Shown: positions 1 through 15,220 of the stretch, in pieces
Numbering within the stretch: the stretch's first letter is position 1
Layout: the number at the start of each line of letters is the position of its first letter
Assembly (NCBI GenBank): GCA_951406725.2
Contig: OX597817.1
Location: 138,632,001-138,696,000, forward strand
Reading direction: 5' to 3'
DNA length: 64,000 nt
DNA from: Octopus vulgaris
Lineage: Eukaryota
Notes under the pieces: model-generated
The model's database searches: none
The model's input: the letters and a program-made list of their open reading frames with translations, nothing else
What the model was told of the DNA's origin: nothing
Position numbers and translations under genes: made by a program

Positions 1-399
1 CAGATTTTCTTGTATGTAAACCTTTACTTTCGTTTTGATGTTTTGTCGTAGAACCAGATTTCACTTTCCTGATTTTGCTTTTCTCCGTTCCAGCCACAAA
101 AATCTACCCTATATATTTCACATCAGCCGAGGCTTGCAAGCGTCACTAAAGTAGCGAGTTAGTCTGAGGCGTCGAAACTACTAGAATCTCTAACAAGGTA
201 GCTAATGAGAGTACAATTTTCGTTTGGTCTGTCGCTCACAACAAAACGAACGAAACTTTGTGTCCGTTCCGTAATAGAATGCAAATATAGCTAAAGTGAA
301 GTGACAATGGATAAATACAATCAAACTTAATGCATTGAAGTAGACAGTAGCAGAGAAAGAAAAATATTTGAAATATTTCCTAAAAATATGTAAAGTATA

Positions 400-557
400 G
401 GAGCAGGAGTGGGTGTGTGGTAAGACGCTTGCTTCCCAACTGCATGGTTCCGAGTTCAATTCCACTGCGTGGTACCTTGGGCAAGTGTCTTCTACTATAG
501 CGAACCACAGTCTTGTGAGTGGATTTGGTAGACGGAAAATTAAAAAAAGCCCGTCGA

Positions 558-637
<80 letters not shown>

Positions 638-860
638 GTGTATATCTATGTGTCTGTCTCCCACTACCGCTTGACAACATGTGTTGGTATGTTTATATCC
701 CCGTAACTTAACGGTTCGACAAGGATATCGATAGAATAAGTACTAGGCTTTAAAAAAGTATTGGGGGCGATTTATTCGACTAAAATTCTTCAAGGTGATG
801 CCCCAGCATGGCTGCAGTTTAACGACTGAAACAAGTTGAAGAATAAAAGAATAAAAGAAT
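400..860 (+). mobile_element. tRNA-derived SINE family A (internal (TA)n), near full length
   Basis: A-box-like GTGGGTGTGTGG and B-box-like GGTTCCGAGTTCAATTCC; shared body CCTTGGGCAAGTGTCTTCTACTATAG...GTGAGTGGATTTGGTAGACGGAAA; tail CCCCAGCATGGC..CAGT..ACTGAAACAAG; at least 8 copies in the window. Confidence 0.85.
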
Positions 861-1239
861 ATAGTGAGATTCGGAGTGTTATCAATGGTTTAGAACTGAA
901 GTGAATAATGGAGATTGCGAGTGTTCTTGACAAATTGTTAACGATTGATACCTTCTCTCTTCACAGAACATTTCTTATCCGTCAAACACTTTGCAGAATT
1001 ATTCAGTTTCCATGCACTACTTCAATATTCTGGTTTCAAATCTTACCATGTCAACGTTTTTGTCTTTCACGAGGTATAAACTCCGTATGATTTAGTGGAA
1101 GACGTAAATAAGAATACGCGATGTTCATTCTTTTCCTAAAAATATTTCCCAGTGTCAGGAGAGAATGTATAAGCTGCGAATTAAAATCGATTAACTGTTG
1201 GAATACGCCAGGAGCTTTCTACATCTTTCTGCGCGGTGG

Positions 1240-1286
<47 letters not shown>

Positions 1287-2470
1287 CTACTCATGATGAT
1301 CGTATTTTTTAAGAGAGAAAATGTCTGAGCTGAACGTAAATGCTTTCAAGCGAAATTTGAACCCAAATAGGAATTACCAAGAATTACTTCCCCATGAATA
1401 AGACTGAATAGACTCGATTCAACGAAAGAGCTTCTATATGGTCACAGGATCTACTAGAAATAACAGTCAAATTTCCTTCAAAGCATACTCTACCGTATTA
1501 AAAACGTTTGGAAAATATCGTCTTTGATACTTTAATTCTGAAAACGAAAAAAGGCGGGATGGTCATAGACAGAAGGACATTGATCATGAGTCTGGGGTGG
1601 TAGGGGTGGTTAAACAATGACAACAACAACCACAACAGTTCTAGTGTCGATTCACTTAACCATTCCAACTTTGTATTCTAGTAGCTATTCTATTTGATAC
1701 GACATGGCGTTTCAATGCAACATGGTATCTTCGTATTCTTGGCAATGTCACATCATTCGTATTTGTCTTCGCATCACACCATTCCAACTATTTCTGAGCA
1801 CAAAGATCAGTCAAATGACAGAACATTCGGAAGGCGAAAAGATTTATTGAAATATTCGCCAACTTTCTTGTTTCCACTCACGTAAATAAACTCAGGAAAG
1901 CAAATCTGCGAGCCGTTTACATTTTAAGTCAAATATTCTTTTAAATTAAATTCTCACAGGTTTGCCCTCGTCTATATATACGTGTATTTTGTTGCTAAAA
2001 TAAGTTTGGCTTCCTTTTCGTTGTTTGGTTATCTAATTGTCTTTTTTCTTCCCTCTCTTCTTCTTCTCTGTATCTCTTGACTTAAGAGAAGCAAATACCA
2101 CGTCCGATGTTTGCATTTCTTCGCAAGCGATAGTCGACGTTGAACAATATATTTTTTGTTGGCGGGAAATTACTTATCGTTGCAAAATGAATTCTGGCAA
2201 GCAAAGACGTTTTCCTGGTTAAAGAAATTTCCGCGAAATGCAATTGATTGTGAAGTGTTCCAAACGTGAATGGACCATTAAAGGAAGCATGCAGTGGATG
2301 AGGACGACAAAGAGGAAACCAGTGACGTGATCCGATCGAAACGTGTCAGAATCAGTCGATGCGATTTCAACTTCCACTAGTTTTTTTTTTTATTTATTTA
2401 GTATTTTACTTTGTTTGTGTATGTATGTGTGTGTGGGGGGGAGCATTAAACCGAACATTCTAATACGCGG

Positions 2471-2516
<46 letters not shown>

Positions 2517-2759
2517 CCGAATACATACACACACACACGTACACAGCCCAACATACACACACATACGTTCAGCGGAACACACATACATTCACAAAAACAG
2601 CGCAACACGCGCACACAAACTCTAACACAGACACATACATGCGTCTAAAACTATAAACACACACACGTACACACAAGCTTTCTACTTTCCTTCATTTTCA
2701 TTATTTTCTGTTACCATCACTCAATTACTACTACTACTACTACTACTACTACAATTACT

Positions 2760-5520
<2,761 letters not shown>

Positions 5521-5983
5521 GATGCACGTACGCATGCCTTGATAAAAATATTCATGTCGACATACGTGTACAGGCGCACACACACAACACGAGCACAGCC
5601 ACGCCAACAACAAATACCCATAACATTACACGTGTAACACAACTAAAAGATTAATAAATCTAAACAAAAACAGGAAGTTGATTTTTGTTGAAAACAAGGA
5701 AATAGAAACCTGCCGTTGACAATGTTGAACGGAAGAGAAGATTTCCGGAAAAGGCCGATTCAATAGCGAAACTGTCCGGAATTGTTAACCTCTCTGGTCG
5801 CTGGCACACGACTTTACGCCTTAAGTCATGCTTTTATTAATAAACCATGGTAATGGCCGCCATATTGACACTGAAACCGGATCAGAAAGCTGTGATAGGG
5901 CGTGTTTATGAATGTGTGTGTCCTTGTGTGTGCTTGTGCTGTGCGTGTGCATGTGTGTATGAGTGTGTGTATGTGTGTCTGTA

Positions 5984-6028
<45 letters not shown>

Positions 6029-6120
6029 TTTTAGGCAGCATAGAATGGAAGACACTTCGGGTGGGGGGAACTTTTCTTGTCTTTTGGTTTGTATTGATTT
6101 TCGATATATACGTCTTTACG

Positions 6121-6213
<93 letters not shown>

Positions 6214-6441
6214 GTCTGTCTGTCTGTCTGTCTGTCTATTCATAAGGTGTCGTGTATGTACATACGTTTATAAATGTATATATTTATAGTCACATGCGTG
6301 CGCATGTGCACATACACAGACAACCGTACGTATGCAGAGTTTAATACAGAAAACAATACTAAAACAAATCATCATACAAACATACATACATTCATACACA
6401 CACACACACATATACACACACATACATATACATACATATAT

Positions 6442-6473
<32 letters not shown>

Positions 6474-7460
6474 ACCCACACACAAGCGTGCATACACAAA
6501 TGTATACATTAAATATACATATATGTATATATTTATATTATGTGTATATATATATATACATACAAAATGGGACAAGAACGCAAAACATCCGAACAACTAG
6601 GTGATACAAAAAGGGACAACACAAGTGTTGTAGGCTTGGAAGCAAGACGAGCAAAAGTCCGTTAGGTACGATAACTGTTACTAATAATAAAATGCTGAAA
6701 AACGGCCATGTTATCACAAGCTGTTAGCATAAATTTACAAAACAAAATTGCTTTCAATACAACAGCATTTGTGTGGGGAGGTCACATCAGCTCATTATTT
6801 CTCATTCCCCAGCATATTATTATTTATTCTTAAAGTACTAGGCTCACAGATAAAAAAAAAGTCCTGGGGTTAATTTGTTCGACTAAAGGCGGTGCTCCAG
6901 CATGGCCGCAGTCAAATGATTGAAACAAAAAAAAAAGAATAAAAGAAGAATTGATTTGAAAGAATAATTGAGCTGAAATACGCTTTTCTCGTAATGTAGT
7001 TTATGTTTGATAACTTTATGAAATTATATTTTATTCAAGTAAACTGCCACAATAATGTATTTCTTTTACACAGAATCATACAGTCCCCCTTCCCCCCAGA
7101 ACCATTTTAGAATGTTTCCCAATAAGTGCATGAGGAAACACTACTTTTCTTTTGTCAGAAAATTTTCTCGTAAAGTTGGGGTGCGTCTTAGGTGCCGGAA
7201 AATACGTGTGTATGTGTAAATATACATGTGTCCGTATGTGTTTGTGAACGTACGAAATCTGGCGAAGTACAGGGTGTTTATAAAGTATTTGTGTAATTAT
7301 ATCTTTGCGTGTAGTTAGTTATACATATGGTAGAGTTAATCTGCGAAAACGATAATGGGAAGTTTTTATTTCATTTAACAGACAGGATCAAAGGACTCTC
7401 CTGAGCCGTAGACTCATAAGATCCGCTGTACCAGATTCCGAGAGAAAATTACCAGGCTGG

Positions 7461-7818
7461 AAGAAAAGTGTTATAAATGCAACAGCTGTGTCTGGAGGCC
7501 CGGAGATTTATCATAATGTTGGTAGATGTAGTTCATCATAATATGCAGCCGTAATGGAATCAATCAGCATTGGATAAATCGAGCGACCATCTTTGAACTT
7601 CTCAGCATTGAGGTCTGAAATGTAAGCTCTTTTGTACGTTGATGACGGAGCTCTTTTGTACCTTGATAAGTTCTTTTGTACCTTGATAACGGAGGCTCGA
7701 CTTATCCAATATTGATTACTTCCATTACGGTAACATGCTGGGATGGACTGCATCTACCAACATTATGATGGATCCCCGAACTCCAAGAAACAGCCGTTAC
7801 ACTTATTACACTTTTCTT
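7461..7818. repeat. Imperfect fold-back, ~125 bp arms around a ~110 bp loop containing 3 short tandem repeats
   Basis: 7461-7584 (AAGAAAAGTG..TCATAATGTTGGTAGATG..TTGGATAAATCGAGC) is the reverse complement of 7695-7818; the loop carries TCTTTTGTAC(C/G)TTGAT x3. Confidence 0.9.
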
Positions 7819-7819
7819 A

Positions 7820-8060
7820 TGTCCCCTTAATGGGGTCTGTCTAATTACTAATGCAATTTATAAATGCGTTTTTAAGGATGAGGATAATTTAGATGAGTTT
7901 TATACAGGTAGTACTGTAAATTTTAAGGCTAGTTATAGGGTCCACATGAGCTCGTTTTCAAATGAAAATACTGTAGCTCTACCAGGCTTGCATCTTATAT
8001 ATACGATCTAAAGAAGAATACTAAGAGTTATTCTCTGGAATGGTCCGTTATTTTATTAGA
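7820..8060 (+). pseudogene. Penelope-like (Naiad-type) GIY-YIG endonuclease fragment
   Basis: Manual translation from 7820: CPLNGVCLITNAIYKCVFKDEDNLDEFYTGSTVNFKASYRVHMSSFSNE/frameshift/YCSSTRLASYIYDLKKNTKSYSLEWSVI; parallels the 31550-31830 segment. Confidence 0.8.
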
Positions 8061-8166
8061 AAATTTGGACTGGTCCATTTATGGGTTTCTCTTTTAAATT
8101 ATATAAGCTTTTCATAAGAAGATAAGCTTTTCTTAAAAAAAAATTGATCTGTGCGTATTTTCTGTT

Positions 8167-8258
8167 TATCCTGATGAGGAGGGGGGGGGGGGTCATCGCC
8201 GTATTGCACTTTAGTGTAAATAAACTGCGGTAGTGAGCTCCCGAAATGGTCATAGATA
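8167..8258 (+). ncRNA. Minimal type I hammerhead ribozyme motif
   Basis: Stem I TATC/GATA; core CTGATGA (8171-77); long stem II closed GG/CC; GAAA (8243-46); stem III A-TGGTCA-T; cleavage triplet AUA; about 110 bp 3' of the Naiad fragment. Confidence 0.75.
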
Positions 8259-8651
8259 TATGTGAATGTTGAATTGGACCTGTGAAGTCTGCTCATTATG
8301 AATCATGAACGTACTTGTGCAAGGGAAGTAAAAAACGTTTTTTCAAGATATATGTGAATTTGACCTGTGGCCAGTCTGTTTACTTATGAACTTTGGACGT
8401 ATTTGTATGAGAGAAGTAAAAGATTTTTTCAAATACTTTTTCAAATATTAAAAAAAAAATTTTTTTTAATATTTTAATCGTCAGATAAAACATTTTTAGC
8501 CGTTGGATATTGATTTTATTTTTACTTTTACCTTTACTTATTTTATATTTATTTATTAGGTTTTTTTGGTAGTTTTTGAATTTGTAGCCGTTTTTATTTC
8601 ACATTTTTGATAGGCCGTTCTATTTGTATTTTATTCGATTATATATTTTTA

Positions 8652-9471
8652 GGATCTTTTCCTTTTGAACGGCAGTTTTCAACACAATTTCTAGTTAACT
8701 AAACACTTTTAAACTTCGTATACTGGTAGAATGTGTTTATACAACATCATTTTTTCTTGGCTTTATTGAGAAAATTCTATAGTTTGTAAGATATTTCCAC
8801 TTTAAAATCGAGCATTTCGGCAATTTTAACCAATCGCTCACCTCCATTTGGGGTGAAAACATTCCGTGCTGTATGAATATGTCCCTCAGAAACAGATTGA
8901 GTTTATTTACATTTGCGAAGAAAAAAAGATACCCTTTCCCTAACCCCTAACCCTAACTCTAACTAACCCTAACCCTAACTCTAACTAACCCTAACCCTAA
9001 AACAGATTGAAATGCAATAGATCGATACTAGGGTTATAATTATGGGTGACAATTTCATACGACATCGCTACGGAAAAAGGGATTTTTTTTCTAGCGGTGT
9101 CAAGTGAAAATGTCACCCATAATTATAACCCTAGTATCGATCTATTGCATTTCAATCTGTTTTAGGGTTTGGGTTAGGGGTGGGGGAAGGGTATCTTTTT
9201 TTCTTCGCAAATGTAAATAAAGCCAATCTGTTTCTGAGGGACATATTCATACAGCACGGAATGTTTTCACCCCAAATGGAGGTGAGCGATTGGTTAAAAT
9301 TGCTGAAATGCTCGATTTTAAAGTGGAAATATCTTACAAACTATAGAATTTACTCCATAAAGCCAAGAAAAAATGATGTTTTATAAACACATTCTACCAG
9401 TATACGAAGTTTAAAAGTGTTTAGTTAACTAGAAATTGTGTTGACATATGCCGTTCAAAAGGAAAAGATCC
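8652..9471. mobile_element. Head-to-head inverted dimer of the TTAGGG-containing MITE (~820 bp palindrome)
   Basis: Outer ends GGATCTTTTCCTTTTGAACGGC / GCCGTTCAAAAGGAAAAGATCC; the left half is the reverse complement of the right half; centre near 9080 lacks the inner TIRs. Confidence 0.85.
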
Positions 9472-9692
9472 TTCTGTGATTTCATGTATACGTATTATTT
9501 TTATGTATTTGGGAACTATGGTGATTTTTTTAATAGATGATTAAATGTTTGAGGGGTGGTGTTGTATGTAAAGTCGTTGACCCCGATTTAATGTTTGTTC
9601 TATAACCAATGCTTCTTTACCTTCGTCTCGTATTTGAACACTTTTGCAGTCCTATAAACCTTTCTGTTTCTATTAGAGACAAATATTATTTC

Positions 9693-10117
9693 GGATCTTT
9701 TCGGTTTGAACGGCAGTTTTTTCTAGCGGTGTCATATAAAATTGTCACCCATAATTATGACCCTAGTATCGATCTATTGCATTTCAATCTGTTTTAGGGT
9801 TAGGGTTAGTTAGGGGTGGGGGGAAGGGTGTCTTTTTTTCTTCAGAAATGTAAATAAACTCAATCTGTTTCTTAAACGAGGAACATATTCATACGGCACA
9901 GAATGTATTTTACCTTAATGGACGTCACTGATTGGTTGAAATTGCAGAAATTGAAAAAAAAAAACAACAACAAATATCTTACAAAAAAATAGAATTTTCT
10001 CAATAAAGCCAAGAGAAAAAGATGCTTTATAAACACATTCTACCAGTATACGAAGTTTAAAATTTTTTAGTTACCTAGAAATTATGTTAAAAACTGCCGT
10101 TCAAACCGAAAAGATCC
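9693..10117. mobile_element. ~425 bp MITE with 28-bp TIRs, 8-bp TSD and internal telomere-like repeats
   Basis: TIR GGATCTTTTCGGTTTGAACGGCAGTTTT; TSD ATTATTTC at 9685-92 and 10118-25; internal TTAGGGTTAGGGTTAGTTAGGGG. Confidence 0.9.
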
Positions 10118-10254
10118 ATTATTTCTTATATATATATATAAGATCAGCAACAATTTAGATTCAAATGAATATGGTACTTATCTGTATATTTACCTTCCCT
10201 AAAATGTTATTACTTGATTTGAAAGCTTTTATATTATTGGAAAACCTATATAAA

Positions 10255-10340
10255 TTAGCTGAAGAGTACTCAGCATCTTAAATCTGCTGTAATATTTGCA
10301 GCTTTTAATAAAATGTTGTAGTATGAAACAATTGTACTAA
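10255..10340 (+). ncRNA. Minimal type I hammerhead ribozyme motif, extended stem II
   Basis: Stem I TTAG/CTAA; CTGAAGA 10259-65; stem II GTACT-CAGCAT/ATGTTG-T-AGTAT; GAAA 10325-28; palindromic stem III ACAATTGT; GUA cleavage triplet ending at 10336. Confidence 0.8.
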
Positions 10341-10542
10341 ATTGCCGGAATCATTCTTGTTGCTTATTTTTGATATATATATATATGTATATAGATCAAT
10401 AAATGGTGGGTTGTATTGACCGCACGTGGAGAAATGATAAGCAAGGAAAAATTGTAAAAAGGCAGAATGCTAAATTGAAAGAAAATTTTAATGAAAATGG
10501 GTGTATGGAAAAAGTTTTTGAAAAATTGATAAAATATATATT

Positions 10543-10584
10543 AATTCAAACCGGTTTTCGTCATAATGTGACTTTTCAAGAATT
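10543..10584 (-). ncRNA. Compact hammerhead motif with U3-A8 core
   Basis: Minus strand: AATTC-TTGAAAA-GTCA catta TGAC-GAAA-ACCGGT-TT-GAATT; all three stems pair perfectly and stem III is palindromic. Confidence 0.7.
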
Positions 10585-10725
10585 GTAAAGGAAAAATTTT
10601 ATATATATATATATATAAATTAGAAAAAAAACACCTTTTATCATTTCAAAATGAACAATTAAATTACACCATCTAGAAAATTACATATAATAGAAATATT
10701 AAAATTAAAATAACAATGTACTGAT

Positions 10726-10775
10726 ATATATACGTTTCTATTATTATTTTGCAATTTACTTAATCATCGGTATAT
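10726..10775 (-). ncRNA. Hammerhead-like motif (CCGATGA core) inside a perfect 35-bp inverted repeat
   Basis: Minus strand: ATATA-CCGATGA-(weak AT-rich stem II)-GAAA-CG-TA-TATAT; flanking IR at 10683-10717/10777-10811. Confidence 0.5.
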
Positions 10776-11920
10776 TATTGTTATTTTAATTTTAATATTT
10801 CTATTATATGTGTGGATTTGTATAAAGGACACACACACATTTTGCCGTTTATATATATATAGAGAGATTTCTAACCGTATTAGATGGGGCACATCATGAG
10901 AATAGTGCATTCTTAGGCATTTTAGAAATACTGCAAAACCTAAATATTTTAGAAGTTTTTGTCTTTTTTATTAAGTCTCTTTCCTTCACAAGACTCTGGG
11001 AGAACACATCTGAAGGTTAACCAAAATTTTATGAATTGATTGCATCGTTGTTGCTGTTGTTGTTGTTAGTATTGCTCAAGCAGACTTAGGATCAACATCG
11101 TTCCAATAGTGACCATCCAGTCTCATTTTCTCCCTTATATAATATAACTTGTCCTATTTTATACAATGTCTGCCTCCATTTTTTAAATCCTACCACTGTT
11201 CTTTACCGAAACTCAAACAACGAAAAACAAATACTTTAAATTCATTTTTAGGGAGATTTGGTTGTTATTTCTTGTAGCTGGAACGACCACGAACACGTCC
11301 AATTGTTCCGATGCCTCTAAGAAACTATAACTCGATATTAGAAATTTATGTCTAAATAATGACTCGCATCTCTCTCTCTCCCTCCTTCTCTCTCCCCCCT
11401 CTCTCTCTTCCAAATGTATACATGCGCGCGCACGAGTATGTGTGTAAGCTATTGTTACTGTTGTTATTGCTGTTGTTGTCATCGCACCCCTTATTCGAAC
11501 CCACATGCCATGATCCATGAAGCAATGTCGCCAGTCTCTCTGTCGCTGTGTCAATCAGAATCTTCTTGTCTCTCCTCATTTCTTTTCTTCTTTCCTTCTC
11601 CCCATACACCCCCACACCATTATCTTCCCAGCGTCATGTCTCTCTCTCACCCTCATTCTCGAGAGCTACAAACGCGCGCCTTGACAACCAACCAACCAAC
11701 GAGGTAGCCTCCACGCAGTCGACCAAACCGTTGGATATGACAGACAATATTTCCCTCAGAACACACCCTACCGTCAACAAACAGGATTGACATGTACACA
11801 CCGGGCAATGCAGTTCTCGATTTAGACGAGACGAGATGGTCGTGGCTGTAACGTCTTTAACCCAGTGAGTTTACTACAAGATCAGCGACTAAACAAGACA
11901 TCATTTCTCCTTTATATACT

Positions 11921-12153
11921 TATTTCTTAATTACCCACAAGGGGCTAAACACAGAGAGGACAAACAAGGACAGACATAGGTATTAAGTCGATTACATCGA
12001 CCCCAGTGCGTAACTGGTACTTAATTTATCGACCCCGAAAGGATGAAAGGCAAAGTCGACCTCGGCGGAATTTGAACTCACAACGTAACGGCAGACGAAA
12101 TACCGCTAAGCATTTCGCCCGGCGTGCTAACGTTTCTGCCAGCTCGCCGCCTT
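11921..12153 (-). mobile_element. tRNA-derived SINE family B
   Basis: Reverse complement of AAGGCGGCGAGCTGGCAGAAACGTTAGCACG...GAGTTCAAATTCCGCCGAGGTCGACTTTGCCTTTCATCC. Confidence 0.85.
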
Positions 12154-12538
12154 ATATACTGCCATGGTTGATTTCATTTTCTTTGTGTCTCTTGTTTCGA
12201 CATATTTAAGTTTTCTCTTTTCAAAGAAGACCTTCTAGCAACAGACAGGCGCTCAGCTGTTGTTGTTTTGTGTCGGTCATTCATCCAGACGCGATGGTTT
12301 GTCTCCGTTTCGGCGGTTATACAAAAGGAAACCCTCCCCACCACCGCCAGCTCCAGCCCCACTTCATGCTCCTCACATCAATATAAGTCAACAATCAACA
12401 GAAGTTTCTAGAAGAGAACAATACAAGCTAATTCACTAATTACTTCACAGTTAGGTAGGAGGTAAACACATTACTCAGATACCTGTCTGTCTGTCTCTTT
12501 TGCTTTCATCTTTTCCTTCCCATTATCATTATTATTAA

Positions 12539-13330
12539 AAGGCGGCGAGCTGGCAGAAACGTTAGCACGCTGAACGAAATGCGTAGCCGTATTTCGTCTG
12601 ACGCTACGTTCTGAGTTCAAATTCCGCTGAGGTCGACTTTGCCTTTCATCCTTTCGGGTCGATTAAATAAGTACCAGTTACGCACTGGGGTCGATATAAT
12701 CGACTTAATCCGTTTGTCTGTCCTTGTTTGTCCTCTCTGTGTTTAGCCTCTTGTGGGTAGTAAAGAAATAGGTATTTCGCCCGTAGCTACGTTCTGAGTT
12801 CAAATTCTGCTGTGGTCGACTGTGCCTTTCATCCTCAATGAATTAAGTACCTGTCAAGTATTGGAGTCAATGTGATCGACTATCCCTCTCCCCTCAAATT
12901 CTAAGCCTTGTGCCTATAGTAGAAGGGATTATTATTATTCTTAAGGCGACAGAATCGTTAACGCACCGGGCAAAATGCTTAGCGGCATTTCGTCCGTCAC
13001 TACGTTCTGAATTCAAATTCCGCCGATCCTTTTGAGATCGATACCATGAAATACCAGTCAAGCATAGAAAATATCGACTTACTGTGTGCCCCGAAATTGA
13101 TGGTTTTGTGCCAAGATTTGAAACCATTATTATTAAGGCGGTGAGTTGAGAGGACAGTTTAGCGGCAGTTTGTCTGTCTCTACGTACAAAATTCAAATTC
13201 TGCTGAGGTTCACGTTGCCTTTCATCCTTTCATGGTTGATAAATAAGTACCAGTCATGCACTGGTGTGATATAGTCTACTACCTTCACTCCCACAAGATT
13301 TCAGGCATTGTGCCTATAGCGGAAAGGATT
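12539..13330 (+). mobile_element. Tandem/nested cluster of SINE family B copies
   Basis: Heads at ~12539, ~12943 and ~13135; repeated GAGTTCAAATTC and GTCGACTTTGCCTTTCATCC motifs. Confidence 0.8.
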
Positions 13331-13616
13331 ATTGTTATTATGAGTTTGTCTCCTTCCTTCAGTTTTATTTCCATTTCTTACCGAGTGTCTTCCCGACATC
13401 TAGAACAAAATTATTACTTGTCTTTATCACAGGTTTTGTTGGAGCTCCTGGAGTCTTACATGCGTAGCGGTCTTGCTACCTGTATCGTGCTAGTCGTTCT
13501 TTTCAGCTATCTCTGCGGTTTGTGCTCATTCCACGTTTTGCCTTTCTCTAGCCCCCACTTTCGCTACATGATCGTGTCGCCACAACTTGTACTAGTTTTG
13601 CGCAAGCCTAGGGCAC

Positions 13617-13671
<55 letters not shown>

Positions 13672-14075
13672 ATGCCTTTGGTTTTGTATTTGTACAAGTT
13701 GACTCCAAGTCACATCGAGAGACCTGAAGAGACAAGTTAGAAGTTCAAGTTGGTGTTATGCCTAGGGTGTCATATATTTGGTTTTGTTCAAGATAATGTT
13801 TAACAAAACAAGAAAATTATGAGTTTGTTTTAAAATTTGAGATGACATAGACAGTATTTTGCGTAAGATATGGGTAGTTCCAAGGAGCACTATCGAATTT
13901 CTGCCATTTTGGTATCTGAGCTGGGTAGCAATCAGCTCCTTTTCCTATCATTCTTAGGGCACCTATGACAACAAGTACTGTTTTAGTCTTAAGGTTCCAT
14001 ATTTTGCCAATTTCTATTTTAAGATCTTTATACTTGCTCAGTTTTAGGTAGTTTTTGAAAGATACATTTATATTA
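13672..14075 (-). mobile_element. 3' end of an R4/Dong-type (restriction-like endonuclease) non-LTR element, divergent subfamily, in (TTA)n
   Basis: Minus translation KLSKYKDLKIEIGKIWNLKTKTVLVVIGALRMI...LLGTTHILRKILS; flanked by TTA arrays on both sides. Confidence 0.75.
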
Positions 14076-14120
14076 ATATCATTATTATTATTATTATTAT
14101 TATCATTATTATTGTTATTA

Positions 14121-14154
<34 letters not shown>

Positions 14155-14742
14155 GTTATTATAAAATTCTGCTCTTATATTTCTCGGTGTTTTACAAAGT
14201 AATTTTCGTTCAAGAATTTTTTCACTCGCGAATCCTTCTCAGACATTGTTGTAGGTTTAGCGTTACTGGGATTATTGGCCTGGTCGGATATTTTTTTTTC
14301 ATTTTACTCTAATCTAACGGGTAAATAATAGCAGAATAATATCTCAAATCTCAGATATTACATTGCAAAAGGATTTTGATAAGCATGATTGATTAACACA
14401 ACGATCAATGAAACGATTGATTAATCAATTGGTTAAATAGTTGACCAATCGAAAATAATAAAGAAGTGAAACAGAACCAGTGCGTGTGTTTAATATTGGT
14501 GTAATGACCCTCCCGAGATGCGGCAAAATGTTTCAGCACACAAATTCTCATGAATCTTAGAAACCAAATGCAAACCCGAAACTTTATGAATTCTTATGTT
14601 TCAACATCATCTGCTCAATATAAAGCACTTCTCACGGCATGGTGAGTGAGACACGAAAGTAGGGCAGTGAAAGTGCTTTCAAGGACCAAGATACACCAGT
14701 GGAGGTTTTAATTTTTTTATATAATTGTTTTCTTTTTATATT

Positions 14743-14904
14743 GGCGCAGGTGTGGCTGTGTGGTAAGAAGCTTGCTTACCAATCACATGGTTCCGGGCTC
14801 AGTCCCACTGCGTGGAACATTGGGCAAGTTACTTTTACTAGAGTCGCAGGCCAACCAAAGTCTTCTGAGAGGATTTGGTAGACGGAAACTGAAAGAAGCC
14901 TGTC

Positions 14905-14974
<70 letters not shown>

Positions 14975-15180
14975 GTGTGTCTGAGTTTGTTAACACCGCC
15001 CGCGGCCCACCGCTTAACACGTGTTGGTGTGTTTACCTCCCCATAACTTAGCGGTTTGTCAAAAAGACCGATGGAATATGTACCAGACTTTAAAAAAATA
15101 ATGGGGTCGATTCGTTCGACTAAAAATTTTTCAAGGTGGTGCCCCAGCATGGCCCCAGTCTTGTGATTGAAACAAGTAAA
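14743..15180 (+). mobile_element. SINE family A
   Basis: Same head, body and tail as 400-860. Confidence 0.85.
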
Positions 15181-15220
15181 ATACTTGAAATGAAAAAGAA
15201 GATAAATATCATGTTTAGAA

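Noticed and set aside
2290-2352. GGATGAGG...CGAAACGTGTC hammerhead-like string
   Set aside because: The core is TGGATGA and there is no stem I
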